Shown piece by piece: positions 17,903-25,957 of a DNA stretch of 28,392 nt (the stretch's first letter is position 1; each line of letters opens with the position of its first letter). Origin of the DNA: Verrucomicrobiota bacterium (GTDB lineage: Bacteria; Verrucomicrobiota; Kiritimatiellia; CAIQIC01; Lenti-01); NCBI GenBank assembly GCA_022709625.1, contig JAKLIL010000001.1:1-28392 (forward strand), read 5' to 3'. The notes beneath the pieces are model-generated. The model worked only from the letters and a program-made list of their open reading frames with translations. It ran no database searches and was not told where the DNA came from. The position numbers and the translations under genes were made by a program.

Positions 17903-19288
17903 ATGTCCCTGCCGCATCCAACCGAAACCATTGCCGCCATCGCCACCGCCCCCGGTACAGGCGCCATCGCCATCGTCCGCCTCTCGGGCCCCGACGCCTT
18001 GGCCTTGGCCGATCGAATTTTCATTTGTCCCGCGCCGCGCCCCTCCCAACGCCCACCGGGCACTTTTGTTCATGGTCAAGCGGTGGCGCCATCTTCCGGC
18101 GAGGTCTTGGACGACGCCTTGTTGCTTGTTTTCCATGCTCCGCACTCCTACACGGGCGAAAATTCAATCGAAATCCAATGCCATGGCGGTTCGCAAGCCG
18201 CCCAGCGCATCCTCGCCGCGCTTTTTTCCATTGGCGCGCGCCAGGCGGAGCCCGGCGAATTCACCAAACGTGCGTTTTTGAACGGAAAGATCGACCTGAC
18301 CCAGGCCGAAGCCGTAGCCGATCTCATCCACGCCCGTTCCGAGCGCGCCGCCCGCCTCGCCTCGGCCCAACTTGCCGATGCGCTCGGAATCCGGATTCGC
18401 GGCATTTACGACGACTTGCTGGGCGTTACCGCCGACATCGAAGCCATGCTGGATTTTCCAGATGATGAACTTCCCCAACATGTTCCGACAGAATTATCCG
18501 GCCGTCTCGAGGCTGTTTCCCGCCACATCCAGGCGCTGTTGGACACCTGGCAAGAAGGCCATGTCTTGCGCGAAGGAGCCCGAATCGTCATTGCGGGCGC
18601 CCCCAACGTCGGGAAATCCACCCTGTTGAACCTGCTGGCGGGTCGCGACCGCGCCATTACCTCCCCCCACCCCGGAACGACCCGGGACACGATCGAAGAG
18701 GCCGTGGTTCTGCTCGGATACCCCATGCAACTCATCGATACCGCCGGTTTGCGGGACGCGCCCGGCGAAATCGAACAAGAAGGCATTCGCCGCACCCACC
18801 GCGCCCTTTCCCAGGCGGATCTTTGCGTTTTCCTTGTGGATGCTTCCAACAATCTTTCCGCCGCCGAAAAAGCCTTCCTCGCGGCCCACAAACCCGAAAA
18901 ATTGCTCGTTTTGCTCAATAAAATCGATTTGGGACAAAAAATCAGGACGGAAAATCTACCCGGCCTCGATTCCATGCCGATTTCGCTCAAAATAGATCCT
19001 CCAATTGCCAAAATTTCCGGAAAAATCGTCCAAAAAATATTGCGCACACCCCATGGAAGCGATCATGCGGAGCTTGCAATATCCGCCAGGCATAGGAATC
19101 TGCTTCTTTCTGCCTTGGAGGATATTAAATTTGCATTACATCATCTGAAAACGGGCTCGGAGGCCGATTTTTTTCCTGCTGCCAACCATGCCAGGGCCGC
19201 TTTGGATCAAATCGGCTATGTTTTCGGAAAAAACTGTCAGGAAGAGTTGCTCGACGCCATATTTTCAAGGTTTTGTGTAGGAAAATAG
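17903..19288 (+). CDS. mnmE: tRNA U34 modification GTPase MnmE (TrmE)
   Basis: [30 protein letters not shown]1 [22 protein letters not shown] and C-terminal FCVGK. Confidence 0.97.
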   Translation: MSLPHPTETIAAIATAPGTGAIAIVRLSGPDALALADRIFICPAPRPSQRPPGTFVHGQAVAPSSGEVLDDALLLVFHAPHSYTGENSIEIQCHGGSQAAQRILAALFSIGARQAEPGEFTKRAFLNGKIDLTQAEAVADLIHARSERAARLASAQLADALGIRIRGIYDDLLGVTADIEAMLDFPDDELPQHVPTELSGRLEAVSRHIQALLDTWQEGHVLREGARIVIAGAPNVGKSTLLNLLAGRDRAITSPHPGTTRDTIEEAVVLLGYPMQLIDTAGLRDAPGEIEQEGIRRTHRALSQADLCVFLVDASNNLSAAEKAFLAAHKPEKLLVLLNKIDLGQKIRTENLPGLDSMPISLKIDPPIAKISGKIVQKILRTPHGSDHAELAISARHRNLLLSALEDIKFALHHLKTGSEADFFPAANHARAALDQIGYVFGKNCQEELLDAIFSRFCVGK

Positions 19289-19352
19289 TTGTCAGGATTT
19301 CCTATTGGCCTTTAATATTGTTATTTGTTTCACGATATTATCCCCCTCCCCC

Positions 19353-21260
19353 ATGAATTCGTTTGACGTGATTGTGATTGGAGGAGGACACGCCGGTTGC
19401 GAGGCGGCTTTAGCCGCTGCCCGGATGGGTGTCCGGACCGCCCTGGTCACAATGGATCTGCAAGCCGTAGCGCGCATGTCGTGCAATCCATCGATCGGCG
19501 GCATCGCCAAATCACACATGGTCTTCGAGCTCGACGCCTTGGGCGGCGAAATGGCGTTGAACACCGACTGCACTGGGATCCAGTTCCGGGTTCTGAACAT
19601 GCGCAAAGGCCCCGCCGTTCGCGCCAACCGGGTTCAATGCGACAAACCGGCCTATTCCGCGCGCATGCTTTCCGTTTTGCGGGCCCAGGAAAATCTAACT
19701 CTCGTCCAAGGCCAAATCGAAGCCGTCAAAGCCAAAAACGACCGAATTATTGGAGTTTTTGGGGAAAATACAGGGTTTTTGGAGGCAAAAGCCGTGGTTT
19801 TGACCGCCGGAACCTTTCTGCGCGGCAAAATCCACATCGGAAAATCCGCTGTTGGCGCCGGCCGGATCGGCGAACCATCCGAGGAACACCTCAGCCTCCA
19901 ATTGATGGATTTCGGCTTCAAAACGGAACGCCTCAAGACCGGAACGCCGCCGCGCCTACACAAAGACAGCATCGATTACGCAAAAATGCTTATTCAGCCA
20001 GGCGAACTCCCACCTCCGTTTTTTGGGTGGCGTTGCCGGTCGGCCCGCGGATTGTTCCACGTGGAACAATCCGGCCGCGGCCAGGTTTCCTCCGACCAGA
20101 CTTCTCCCCATGTTCCACATGGAACAATCGACCTGCCGCCATTCGCACCTTGGGTTCCCGGGGAGAACCAGATGCCCTGTTGGCTCACGCATACGAATTC
20201 CCGCACCTTGGAAATCATCCGCGCGCATCTTTCGGATTCCGCTTTGTACGGCGGACTGATCGAGGGCACGGGCGTCCGCTATTGTCCATCCATTGAAGAC
20301 AAAGTGGTTAAATTCGCCGAGAACGCAGAACATCATGTTTTTATCGAACCGGAGGGTCGGAATGTGTTGGAAGCCTATCCAAACGGCACATCCAACAGCC
20401 TGCCGGTCGACATACAGCTAGAGATGATTCGTTCCATATCGGGACTCGAGCGGGCGGAATTTCTGGCGCCTGGATATGCCATCGAATACGACTTTTTCGA
20501 TCCTACCCAATTGAATCCAACGCTTGAAACCAAGAGGGTTGGGGGACTGTATTTTGCGGGGCAGGTCAATGGCACGACTGGATATGAAGAAGCGGCTGCA
20601 CAAGGGTTTATGGCAGGCGCCAACGCCGCGTTGCATCTCATTGGCGGAAAGAGTATTACTTTGAAACGCCACGAGGCTTATATTGGCGTCATGATCGACG
20701 ATTTGGTGACGAAAGGGACGAACGAACCCTATCGGATGTTCACTTCGCGGGCGGAGCACCGGCTGCTGCTGCGACAGGACAATGCCGCATTTCGCCTGCA
20801 CGGCCAAGCGGGGGAAATCGGCATCGTGCCGGGAGAACGACTGCAGGAAATTCGAGCGATGGAGCGCGCCATTGCCGCCGAAATCGACCATCTCCGGCGC
20901 AGCCGCTACGAGGGTCTGTCTCTGGACCAATGGCTGAAGCGGCCGGAGACAACCTATGCGACGATGCCCACGCGGAAAGACGATTTGTCGGCCGAAGTCG
21001 TGGAGCAGGTCGAGTTCGAGGTGAAATACGCCGGGTACATCGAGCGGGAATTGCGCCAAATCGCCCGGGCGGAAGAAATCGCCCGCCACAAGATCCCAGC
21101 CGATCTCGACTACCACGCCATCGGCGCTTTGCGCTACGAATCCAGGGAAAAACTATCCGCCATTCGTCCGCACGATCTTGGCCAAGCCGCCCGAATCTCC
21201 GGCGTCACGCCGGCCGATATTGCCATCCTGTCGGTCTGGCTTAAAAAACATTCGAAATAG
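19353..21260 (+). CDS. mnmG: tRNA uridine-5-carboxymethylaminomethyl modification enzyme MnmG (GidA)
   Basis: [59 protein letters not shown] and [10 protein letters not shown]; carries an internal insertion. Confidence 0.98.
   Translation: MNSFDVIVIGGGHAGCEAALAAARMGVRTALVTMDLQAVARMSCNPSIGGIAKSHMVFELDALGGEMALNTDCTGIQFRVLNMRKGPAVRANRVQCDKPAYSARMLSVLRAQENLTLVQGQIEAVKAKNDRIIGVFGENTGFLEAKAVVLTAGTFLRGKIHIGKSAVGAGRIGEPSEEHLSLQLMDFGFKTERLKTGTPPRLHKDSIDYAKMLIQPGELPPPFFGWRCRSARGLFHVEQSGRGQVSSDQTSPHVPHGTIDLPPFAPWVPGENQMPCWLTHTNSRTLEIIRAHLSDSALYGGLIEGTGVRYCPSIEDKVVKFAENAEHHVFIEPEGRNVLEAYPNGTSNSLPVDIQLEMIRSISGLERAEFLAPGYAIEYDFFDPTQLNPTLETKRVGGLYFAGQVNGTTGYEEAAAQGFMAGANAALHLIGGKSITLKRHEAYIGVMIDDLVTKGTNEPYRMFTSRAEHRLLLRQDNAAFRLHGQAGEIGIVPGERLQEIRAMERAIAAEIDHLRRSRYEGLSLDQWLKRPETTYATMPTRKDDLSAEVVEQVEFEVKYAGYIERELRQIARAEEIARHKIPADLDYHAIGALRYESREKLSAIRPHDLGQAARISGVTPADIAILSVWLKKHSK
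20053..20068. promoter_or_regulatory. parS centromere-like site 1 (within mnmG)
   Basis: TGTTCCACGTGGAACA, core of a perfect 26-bp palindrome at 20048-20073. Confidence 0.9.
20111..20126. promoter_or_regulatory. parS site 2 (within mnmG)
   Basis: TGTTCCACATGGAACA, one mismatch to site 1, starting 58 bp downstream. Confidence 0.8.
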
Positions 21261-21268
21261 CGAACGGG

Positions 21269-21320
21269 ATTTTATAATTTATGTAATATATTGTACTGCA
21301 ATATATTATATATTGGTTTA
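21269..21320. repeat. AT-rich element with three alternating copies of a TAATATATTG-like 10-mer
   Basis: TAATATATTG (21284-21293), its exact inverse CAATATATTA (21299-21308) and TTATATATTG (21306-21315), between convergent mnmG and the anti-sigma gene. Confidence 0.7.
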
Positions 21321-22025
21321 TCGTCCGAGAAGATGGACTGCCGCAAGAACGACGGGGCCGCCGGCATCGGCCCACCGGGCAGGAAACGCGCCGGGATGGG
21401 CGATCATGCGATTGAGTTTGGCCATGTGTTCCCGGGGCGGCAGGAGCAATTCGGAGCGAATGGACGCCGCCTGCCAATCCGAATCCGCGCGGGGCAATTG
21501 GGCGGCCGTCTTGACCGCCATGCCGGCCAAATACTGGGTGAATCCCGAACCTGAAAAGCCCTCGCCGAACCGACCGTCGATTCCTTGTTTCCGCAACAGG
21601 AATGCCATACCGGACCGAATGGCATGGGCATGGGGGCCATCCAGGGGCGAAGGCTCGCCATGCATCAGGGCTAACAACGCCAAGGCCGTCACGCCCACGT
21701 CGTACCGGGGACGCGCATTCCGGGGATCGCTGGACCAGGCGCCGTCGGACCGCTGGGTGGCCAACAAAAGTTCGCTGGGCCGGGCATCCGCAGACACCGG
21801 AACGGGACGGAAAAGCCGCCAACCGACCCCGACCAGCAGCGCGAAGACCGCCGCCGCGGCGGCCATTCGCGGCAACCAGGAATAGCGGGGCGGGGCAGGG
21901 CGGCGCAGGCGCGCCAATGTGCGCGTGGAGAAATCGGCGGATGGCTCCGGCGGGGTCTGGGCCCGCAGACGAGCCAGCAAGTCGGCGAACCGCGGTTCCG
22001 CGAGGGGATCAGGACTTCTCTTCAC
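21318..22025 (-). CDS. Putative membrane anti-sigma factor with extracytoplasmic prenyltransferase/squalene-cyclase (QW-like) repeats
   Basis: GTG start overlaps the sigma gene end by 17 nt. About 50-aa cytoplasmic segment (PEPSADFSTRTLARL), one TM helix (MAAAAAVFALLVGVGW), then LLATQRSDGAW and FLLRKQGIDGRF. Confidence 0.72.
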   Translation of the reverse strand: MKRSPDPLAEPRFADLLARLRAQTPPEPSADFSTRTLARLRRPAPPRYSWLPRMAAAAAVFALLVGVGWRLFRPVPVSADARPSELLLATQRSDGAWSSDPRNARPRYDVGVTALALLALMHGEPSPLDGPHAHAIRSGMAFLLRKQGIDGRFGEGFSGSGFTQYLAGMAVKTAAQLPRADSDWQAASIRSELLLPPREHMAKLNRMIAHPGAFPARWADAGGPVVLAAVHLLGR

Positions 22026-22560
22026 GGTAGATCTCCTGCAAGGCGGCCAGCGCATTGAACACGCGCGATTTGACCGTTCCCACGGGAATGCGGACGATGG
22101 CGGCGATTTCGTCGTAGGAAAGGCCCTGGTGCACGGCCAGCACGAGGACGTCGCGCAATTTGGGCGAGAGACGGTCCAGCGCGGCCTGGACGTCGAGCTG
22201 CCGCCGGAGCCGGCCGAGGCCGCCATCGGTGGCCGCTGGCATTTCCCGGCGATAGCGGTCGGCAAAGAGCTTGAACCGGACCTGCCGACGGACGTAATCG
22301 AGCCAAACATGGCGCGCCAAGGTGTAGAGGAACGTCGTGAACTTGGCCGTCGGCCGGTATTTTTTGCGATAGTTCCATAGGCGCAGAAACGTTTCCTGGG
22401 CGAGATCTTCGCCATGGGAAGAAGCGCCCAGCCGGACGAAATAGTTCAGGAGCGGCCGCTGATGGCGGAGAACCAATGCCCGGAAGGCCTCTTCGCGTTC
22501 TGCCCGCACCAAGGCCATCAAGGCAAAATCGTCTTTTTCAGGCTGGACGCCGGCGGACAT
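22009..22560 (-). CDS. ECF-family RNA polymerase sigma factor
   Basis: Region 2 EDLAQETFLRLW...KFTTFLYTLAR; region 4 LSPKLRDVLVL...LSYDEIAAIVRIPVGTVKSR. Start at MSAGV is inferred; 22617 is the alternative. Confidence 0.93.
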   Translation of the reverse strand: MSAGVQPEKDDFALMALVRAEREEAFRALVLRHQRPLLNYFVRLGASSHGEDLAQETFLRLWNYRKKYRPTAKFTTFLYTLARHVWLDYVRRQVRFKLFADRYRREMPAATDGGLGRLRRQLDVQAALDRLSPKLRDVLVLAVHQGLSYDEIAAIVRIPVGTVKSRVFNALAALQEIYREEKS

Positions 22561-22634
22561 AAGGCGGCATTGTTGACCCGGTTGCGCGCAAAAGCAACGT
22601 ATTTGGCACCGACGCACGGGACGGGACGAAACCT

Positions 22635-22662
22635 TGAACCCGGGGCGGGCCGGCGGCGTTTA
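22635..22662 (+). promoter_or_regulatory. Candidate ECF-type promoter for the secreted repeat protein
   Basis: TGAACC (22635-22640)-N16-CGTTTA (22657-22662) fits the AAC/CGT ECF pattern; no sigma70 -35 at 17 nt from the overlapping TATAAA. Confidence 0.55.
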
Positions 22663-22687
22663 TAAAAGCAGAATTGGCATACTTCTC

Positions 22688-22766
22688 GGGCGACACGGAG
22701 GTCGCCCCTCCGGTTGCGGAATCAGGCGACTACGGCCGTTCCGAAGGGTCGGGCTCCGTCCCGACC
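22688..22766 (+). ncRNA. Candidate structured 5' leader RNA (two hairpins with complementary loops)
   Basis: GGGCGAC-ACGGAG-GTCGCCC (22688-22707) and GGTCGGG-CTCCGT-CCCGACC (22747-22766); no known riboswitch consensus recognised. Confidence 0.45.
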
Positions 22767-22805
22767 AGAGATGGAAACTCGAATTTTTTAGAAAGGAAAA
22801 GCGGG

Positions 22806-23933
22806 ATGAAAAAGAGTCTGCTCGGGATCGTGGCGGGGGCGTTGTTCGCAGGCGCGGCGCAGGCGGGCTTGCCGGCGGAACTGCAGGCGGAAACGCGCGC
22901 CGCGATGGCCAAAGGCGCGGCTTGGCTGGCGGCCCAGCAGCAGCCGGACGGCCATTGGGCGCTGGCGGATTCGCCCGCGCTGACGGGGCTCGCGATGTGG
23001 GCGCTGCAGAAAACCGATCCCGCCGCCTACCAAGCCGCGATCAACCGCGCGCTGGTGTTCGTCCTGACCAGCGTTCAGGAAAACGGCTCGATTTGGCGCT
23101 CGCCGGCGATGCAGCGCAAGGGCGGAGGGCTGGCCAACTACAACACGGCGGTCTGCATGACGGCGCTGCACGCGCTGGGCCGGCCCGAACTGGTGCCCGT
23201 GGTGCAAAACGCACGGGCCTATCTGGCGAAAATGCAGTATCTCGGGCCGGATGCGTACCGCGGCGGCATGGGCTACGACGCGGACCAAGGCCGGCCCTAT
23301 ACGGATCTGTCCAATTCCTACATGGCCTACGAAGCGATGCGGCTCACCCAGGACGTCGAGGATTTGCGCGCCGCCGGCGAAGCCAAGGCCGATCTCGACT
23401 GGTCGGCCGTCCAGGAATTCCTGGCGCAGGTTCAAAATCTCCCGGGGGTCAACACGAACTCATGGGTCAGCGCGGACGCGGACAACCGCGGGGGCTTTGC
23501 CTATTCGCCGGGCGCCGGCGCGTCCGTCACGAACGCGGAGGGGAAGGTGACGCTGCGCTCGTACGGCAGCATGACCTATGCCGGCCTGCTGTCGCTGGTC
23601 TACGCGCAGGTGGACGCCCAGGACGGGCGCGTGCAGGCCGCGCAAGATTGGGCCCGCCGCCACTGGACGCTCGAGGAGAATCCCGGCATGGGCGCGGAAG
23701 GCCTGTACTACTTTTTCAACGTCCTGACCAAGTGCCTGGCGGCGGCGGGCAACGACACGCTGATGCTGCCCGACGGCCGCACGGTGGTCTGGCGCGAGGA
23801 AGTCGCACGCAAGCTAATTGGGTTGCAGAAGCCGGACGGATTCTGGGTCAACGAGAACAACCGGTGGTGGGAAGCCGATCCCAATCTCGTCACGGCCTAC
23901 ACGCTGCTCGCGCTCGCCGCCGCGCTGCCGTAG
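22806..23933 (+). CDS. Secreted prenyltransferase/squalene-oxidase-repeat (alpha/alpha barrel) protein
   Basis: Signal peptide MKKSLLGIVAGALFAGAAQA; repeats WLAAQQQPDGHW, FVLTSVQENGSI, YLAKMQ...GGMGY, FLAQVQ...GGFAY and KLIGLQKPDGFW; GAAAGGA RBS. Confidence 0.85.
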   Translation: MKKSLLGIVAGALFAGAAQAGLPAELQAETRAAMAKGAAWLAAQQQPDGHWALADSPALTGLAMWALQKTDPAAYQAAINRALVFVLTSVQENGSIWRSPAMQRKGGGLANYNTAVCMTALHALGRPELVPVVQNARAYLAKMQYLGPDAYRGGMGYDADQGRPYTDLSNSYMAYEAMRLTQDVEDLRAAGEAKADLDWSAVQEFLAQVQNLPGVNTNSWVSADADNRGGFAYSPGAGASVTNAEGKVTLRSYGSMTYAGLLSLVYAQVDAQDGRVQAAQDWARRHWTLEENPGMGAEGLYYFFNVLTKCLAAAGNDTLMLPDGRTVVWREEVARKLIGLQKPDGFWVNENNRWWEADPNLVTAYTLLALAAALP

Positions 23934-23961
23934 GCGCGCGCCGGCCAACCGCGGAACCCGA

Positions 23962-23989
23962 ATCAAAACGCCGCAGGCCTGAAGCGGCG
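23962..23989 (-). terminator. Intrinsic terminator after the alpha/beta hydrolase
   Basis: Minus strand CGCCGC-TTCAGGCCT-GCGGCG-TTTTGATT, in the gap between convergent genes. Confidence 0.55.
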
Positions 23990-24005
23990 GCGGTCCGTGC
24001 GGCCA

Positions 24006-24824
24006 TCACGGCTTGAAGGCCGCCAGAAATTCCTCGAGTTCGGCGTTGCCGGCGCCGCCGGGAACAAACCAGGAATTGTCGTCGTGCGGGCCCGCCAACA
24101 GGACGAACCGCTTGGGCTCCGCGGCCGCGGCATGGAGGATGCGGCCGCTCTGGAAAGGAATGACTTCGTCGGTCGGGCTGTGGCCGAACAGTTTGGGCAG
24201 GTCCTTGAGTTCGGCGGACGTTTTGGCGGCATCGTAGGAAACGGACAGCAGCCGGTCGATCGGCAGGTTGGGGTACAGCCGCCGGGCCATGTCGGCGGCG
24301 GAGGCAAAGGCGCCCTGCACGATCAGCGCGGCAACCGGCCGATCCTTGGCCAACTGGATGGCTACGGCCCCGCCCAGGGAATGGCCAAACGCCAGGATGG
24401 GCAGTTTGCGGCTCATGGCCTCGGCGGCCTCGAACGCCGCGCGGGCATCGGCGTAGAAGCCCTTTTCGGACGGACGGCCTTCGCTGCGGCCATAGCCGCG
24501 GTAATCCCACAGGAGCAGATTGAAGCCGCGCTTGACGAATTCCGGCGCCAGATGCGCGCTGCCGCCGACGTTGCTGCCGTTGCCGTGGCAGAACACGACG
24601 GTGCCGCGCGGCCGATTGGCGGGAATCCACCACCCGGTCAGGGACGTGCCGTCGGCCGAGAGGAATTGCACGTCCTGGTACCGCAGTTGGAAATGGGCGG
24701 GGGTGACCGCAATGTCGGGCGCGGGCAGATACAGGAGGCTGTACTCGGACCGCCGCAGATAGATCCAGCCGGCCGCCAGGCCCACGACCAGCAGGAACGC
24801 CAGGGATCCGAGTGTTTTTTTCAT
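24006..24824 (-). CDS. Membrane-anchored alpha/beta hydrolase (ABHD13/Bem46-like)
   Basis: N-terminal TM helix; FCHGNG, WDYRGYG.SEG.PSE.G.Y.DA, nucleophile GHSLG, TDEVIP and GPHDD; 3' part of ORF 24006..26090. Confidence 0.9.
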   Translation of the reverse strand: MKKTLGSLAFLLVVGLAAGWIYLRRSEYSLLYLPAPDIAVTPAHFQLRYQDVQFLSADGTSLTGWWIPANRPRGTVVFCHGNGSNVGGSAHLAPEFVKRGFNLLLWDYRGYGRSEGRPSEKGFYADARAAFEAAEAMSRKLPILAFGHSLGGAVAIQLAKDRPVAALIVQGAFASAADMARRLYPNLPIDRLLSVSYDAAKTSAELKDLPKLFGHSPTDEVIPFQSGRILHAAAAEPKRFVLLAGPHDDNSWFVPGGAGNAELEEFLAAFKP

Positions 24825-24829
24825 CCCGC

Positions 24830-25957
24830 CTATACTTCCAACGTTTTCGGGAAGCTGGCGAGGATTTTGTAGCCGGCGGGGGTGACGGCCACGACGTCTT
24901 CGAGGCGCACGCCGCCCACGCCGGGCAGATACAGGCCCGGCTCGACGGTGACGACGTTGCCGGCGCGCAGCCGGCCGGGTTCGCGGCGCAGGCCCGGCGA
25001 TTCGTGCACGTCGAGGCCGATGCCGTGGCCGAGGCTGTGGATGAAGCCGCGCTCGCGCCCGGGCGGCGTCCAGCGCGTTTCGTAGCCGGCATCGCGGAAA
25101 TACGTCTCGACGGCGGCCTGGACGGAACGGCCGGCCACGCCCGGGCGGATCATGGCCAGCGCCAGCCGCTGGGCGCCGAGGACGGCGCGATACAGGCGGC
25201 GAATCCGGGCGGGGGCGCGCCCGCGCACCACCGTGCGCGTGATGTCGCCCCAATAGCCCGTGTCCTTGTCGCGCGGGAAAATATCGATCACGATGGGCAC
25301 GCCGGCGCGGAGCGGCCCGTGGCCGGCGTCGTGGGGCCGCGCGCCTTGCGGGCCGACGGCCACGATGGTATCGACGGCGGAACAGCCGTGTGCCCGCAGG
25401 GTTTGCTCGATGAGGTCCTTGAGGATTTCGGAGGTGAGAAGTTTTCCTCCGCGCAGCAGGCGGCCCGGCGCAGATATTTTCGCGGCGCGGATGGCCTGGA
25501 TGGCGGCACGCATGGCGGCGACGGCGGCGCGCTGCGCTTTGGCGAGGCACGCGATTTCGCGCGCGGTTTTCACGGCGCGCCGCGGAAAAGCGGGTTGCTC
25601 CGCCAGCCGGACCCGTACGCCGCCCCGTTCGAGCGCGCGGGCGATGCCCAGCGGAAAATACGGGCCGGCCCGCACGGTGCGCAAACCCAGCCGGCGCGCG
25701 AGCGCCAGCGCCTGGGCGCCCAAGCCACGCGGGCCGGGCGGAGCGTGCGCGAAGAGTTCGGCCGGCGTATGCAGGACCGCGGCGGGGCATGTCCGGCGCG
25801 CCCGCGCGGCCTCCAATGCGGACACCGCCAAATGGAGACGCGCACCATGCACCAGCAGCAGGAAGGGATCGGCCGCCGCGAGCCCCGTGGCATAGCGGAC
25901 GTCGTTTTCCTCCAAGCCTGTGGCCGCTAGAATGCGGGGTGCTGTTGATTTCTTCAT
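24830..25957 (-). CDS. Xaa-Pro aminopeptidase (M24B family)
   Basis: Metal ligands in IDIFPR...GDITRT, HSLGHGIGLDVHE, TVEPGLY and VRLED. Confidence 0.92.
   Translation of the reverse strand: MKKSTAPRILAATGLEENDVRYATGLAAADPFLLLVHGARLHLAVSALEAARARRTCPAAVLHTPAELFAHAPPGPRGLGAQALALARRLGLRTVRAGPYFPLGIARALERGGVRVRLAEQPAFPRRAVKTAREIACLAKAQRAAVAAMRAAIQAIRAAKISAPGRLLRGGKLLTSEILKDLIEQTLRAHGCSAVDTIVAVGPQGARPHDAGHGPLRAGVPIVIDIFPRDKDTGYWGDITRTVVRGRAPARIRRLYRAVLGAQRLALAMIRPGVAGRSVQAAVETYFRDAGYETRWTPPGRERGFIHSLGHGIGLDVHESPGLRREPGRLRAGNVVTVEPGLYLPGVGGVRLEDVVAVTPAGYKILASFPKTLEV

Noticed and set aside
19326-19341. Third parS (TGTTTCACG...) upstream of mnmG
   Set aside because: Only the left half matches; the right half ATATTAT is not palindromic.
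21270-21295. dif-like arm TTATGTAATAT
   Set aside because: Only 1 nt separates ATAA and TTAT where dif needs 6, and the site is origin-proximal.
22661-22805. Leader as a known cobalamin, Moco, glycine, c-di-AMP or guanidine-II riboswitch
   Set aside because: Only short fragments match (TAAAAG, GGAAAC, GAAAGG, ACGGAGG); the B12 box, CCTCCCG, CTCTCAGG and paired ACGR tetraloops are absent. Rfam cmscan would settle it.
19300-23600. GC-skew switch near parS rather than at dnaA
   Set aside because: Hand counts are suggestive (G/C 16/25 at 7441-7500, 16/29 at 18301-18360, 23/11 at 20521-20580, 22/17 at 23521-23580), but dnaA 27001-27060 is 10/23. Too noisy; a whole-genome cumulative skew is needed.
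22806-23933. Calling this gene squalene-hopene cyclase (shc) or an alpha-2-macroglobulin thioester domain
   Set aside because: Too short, has a signal peptide, and lacks both DxDD and CxEQ.
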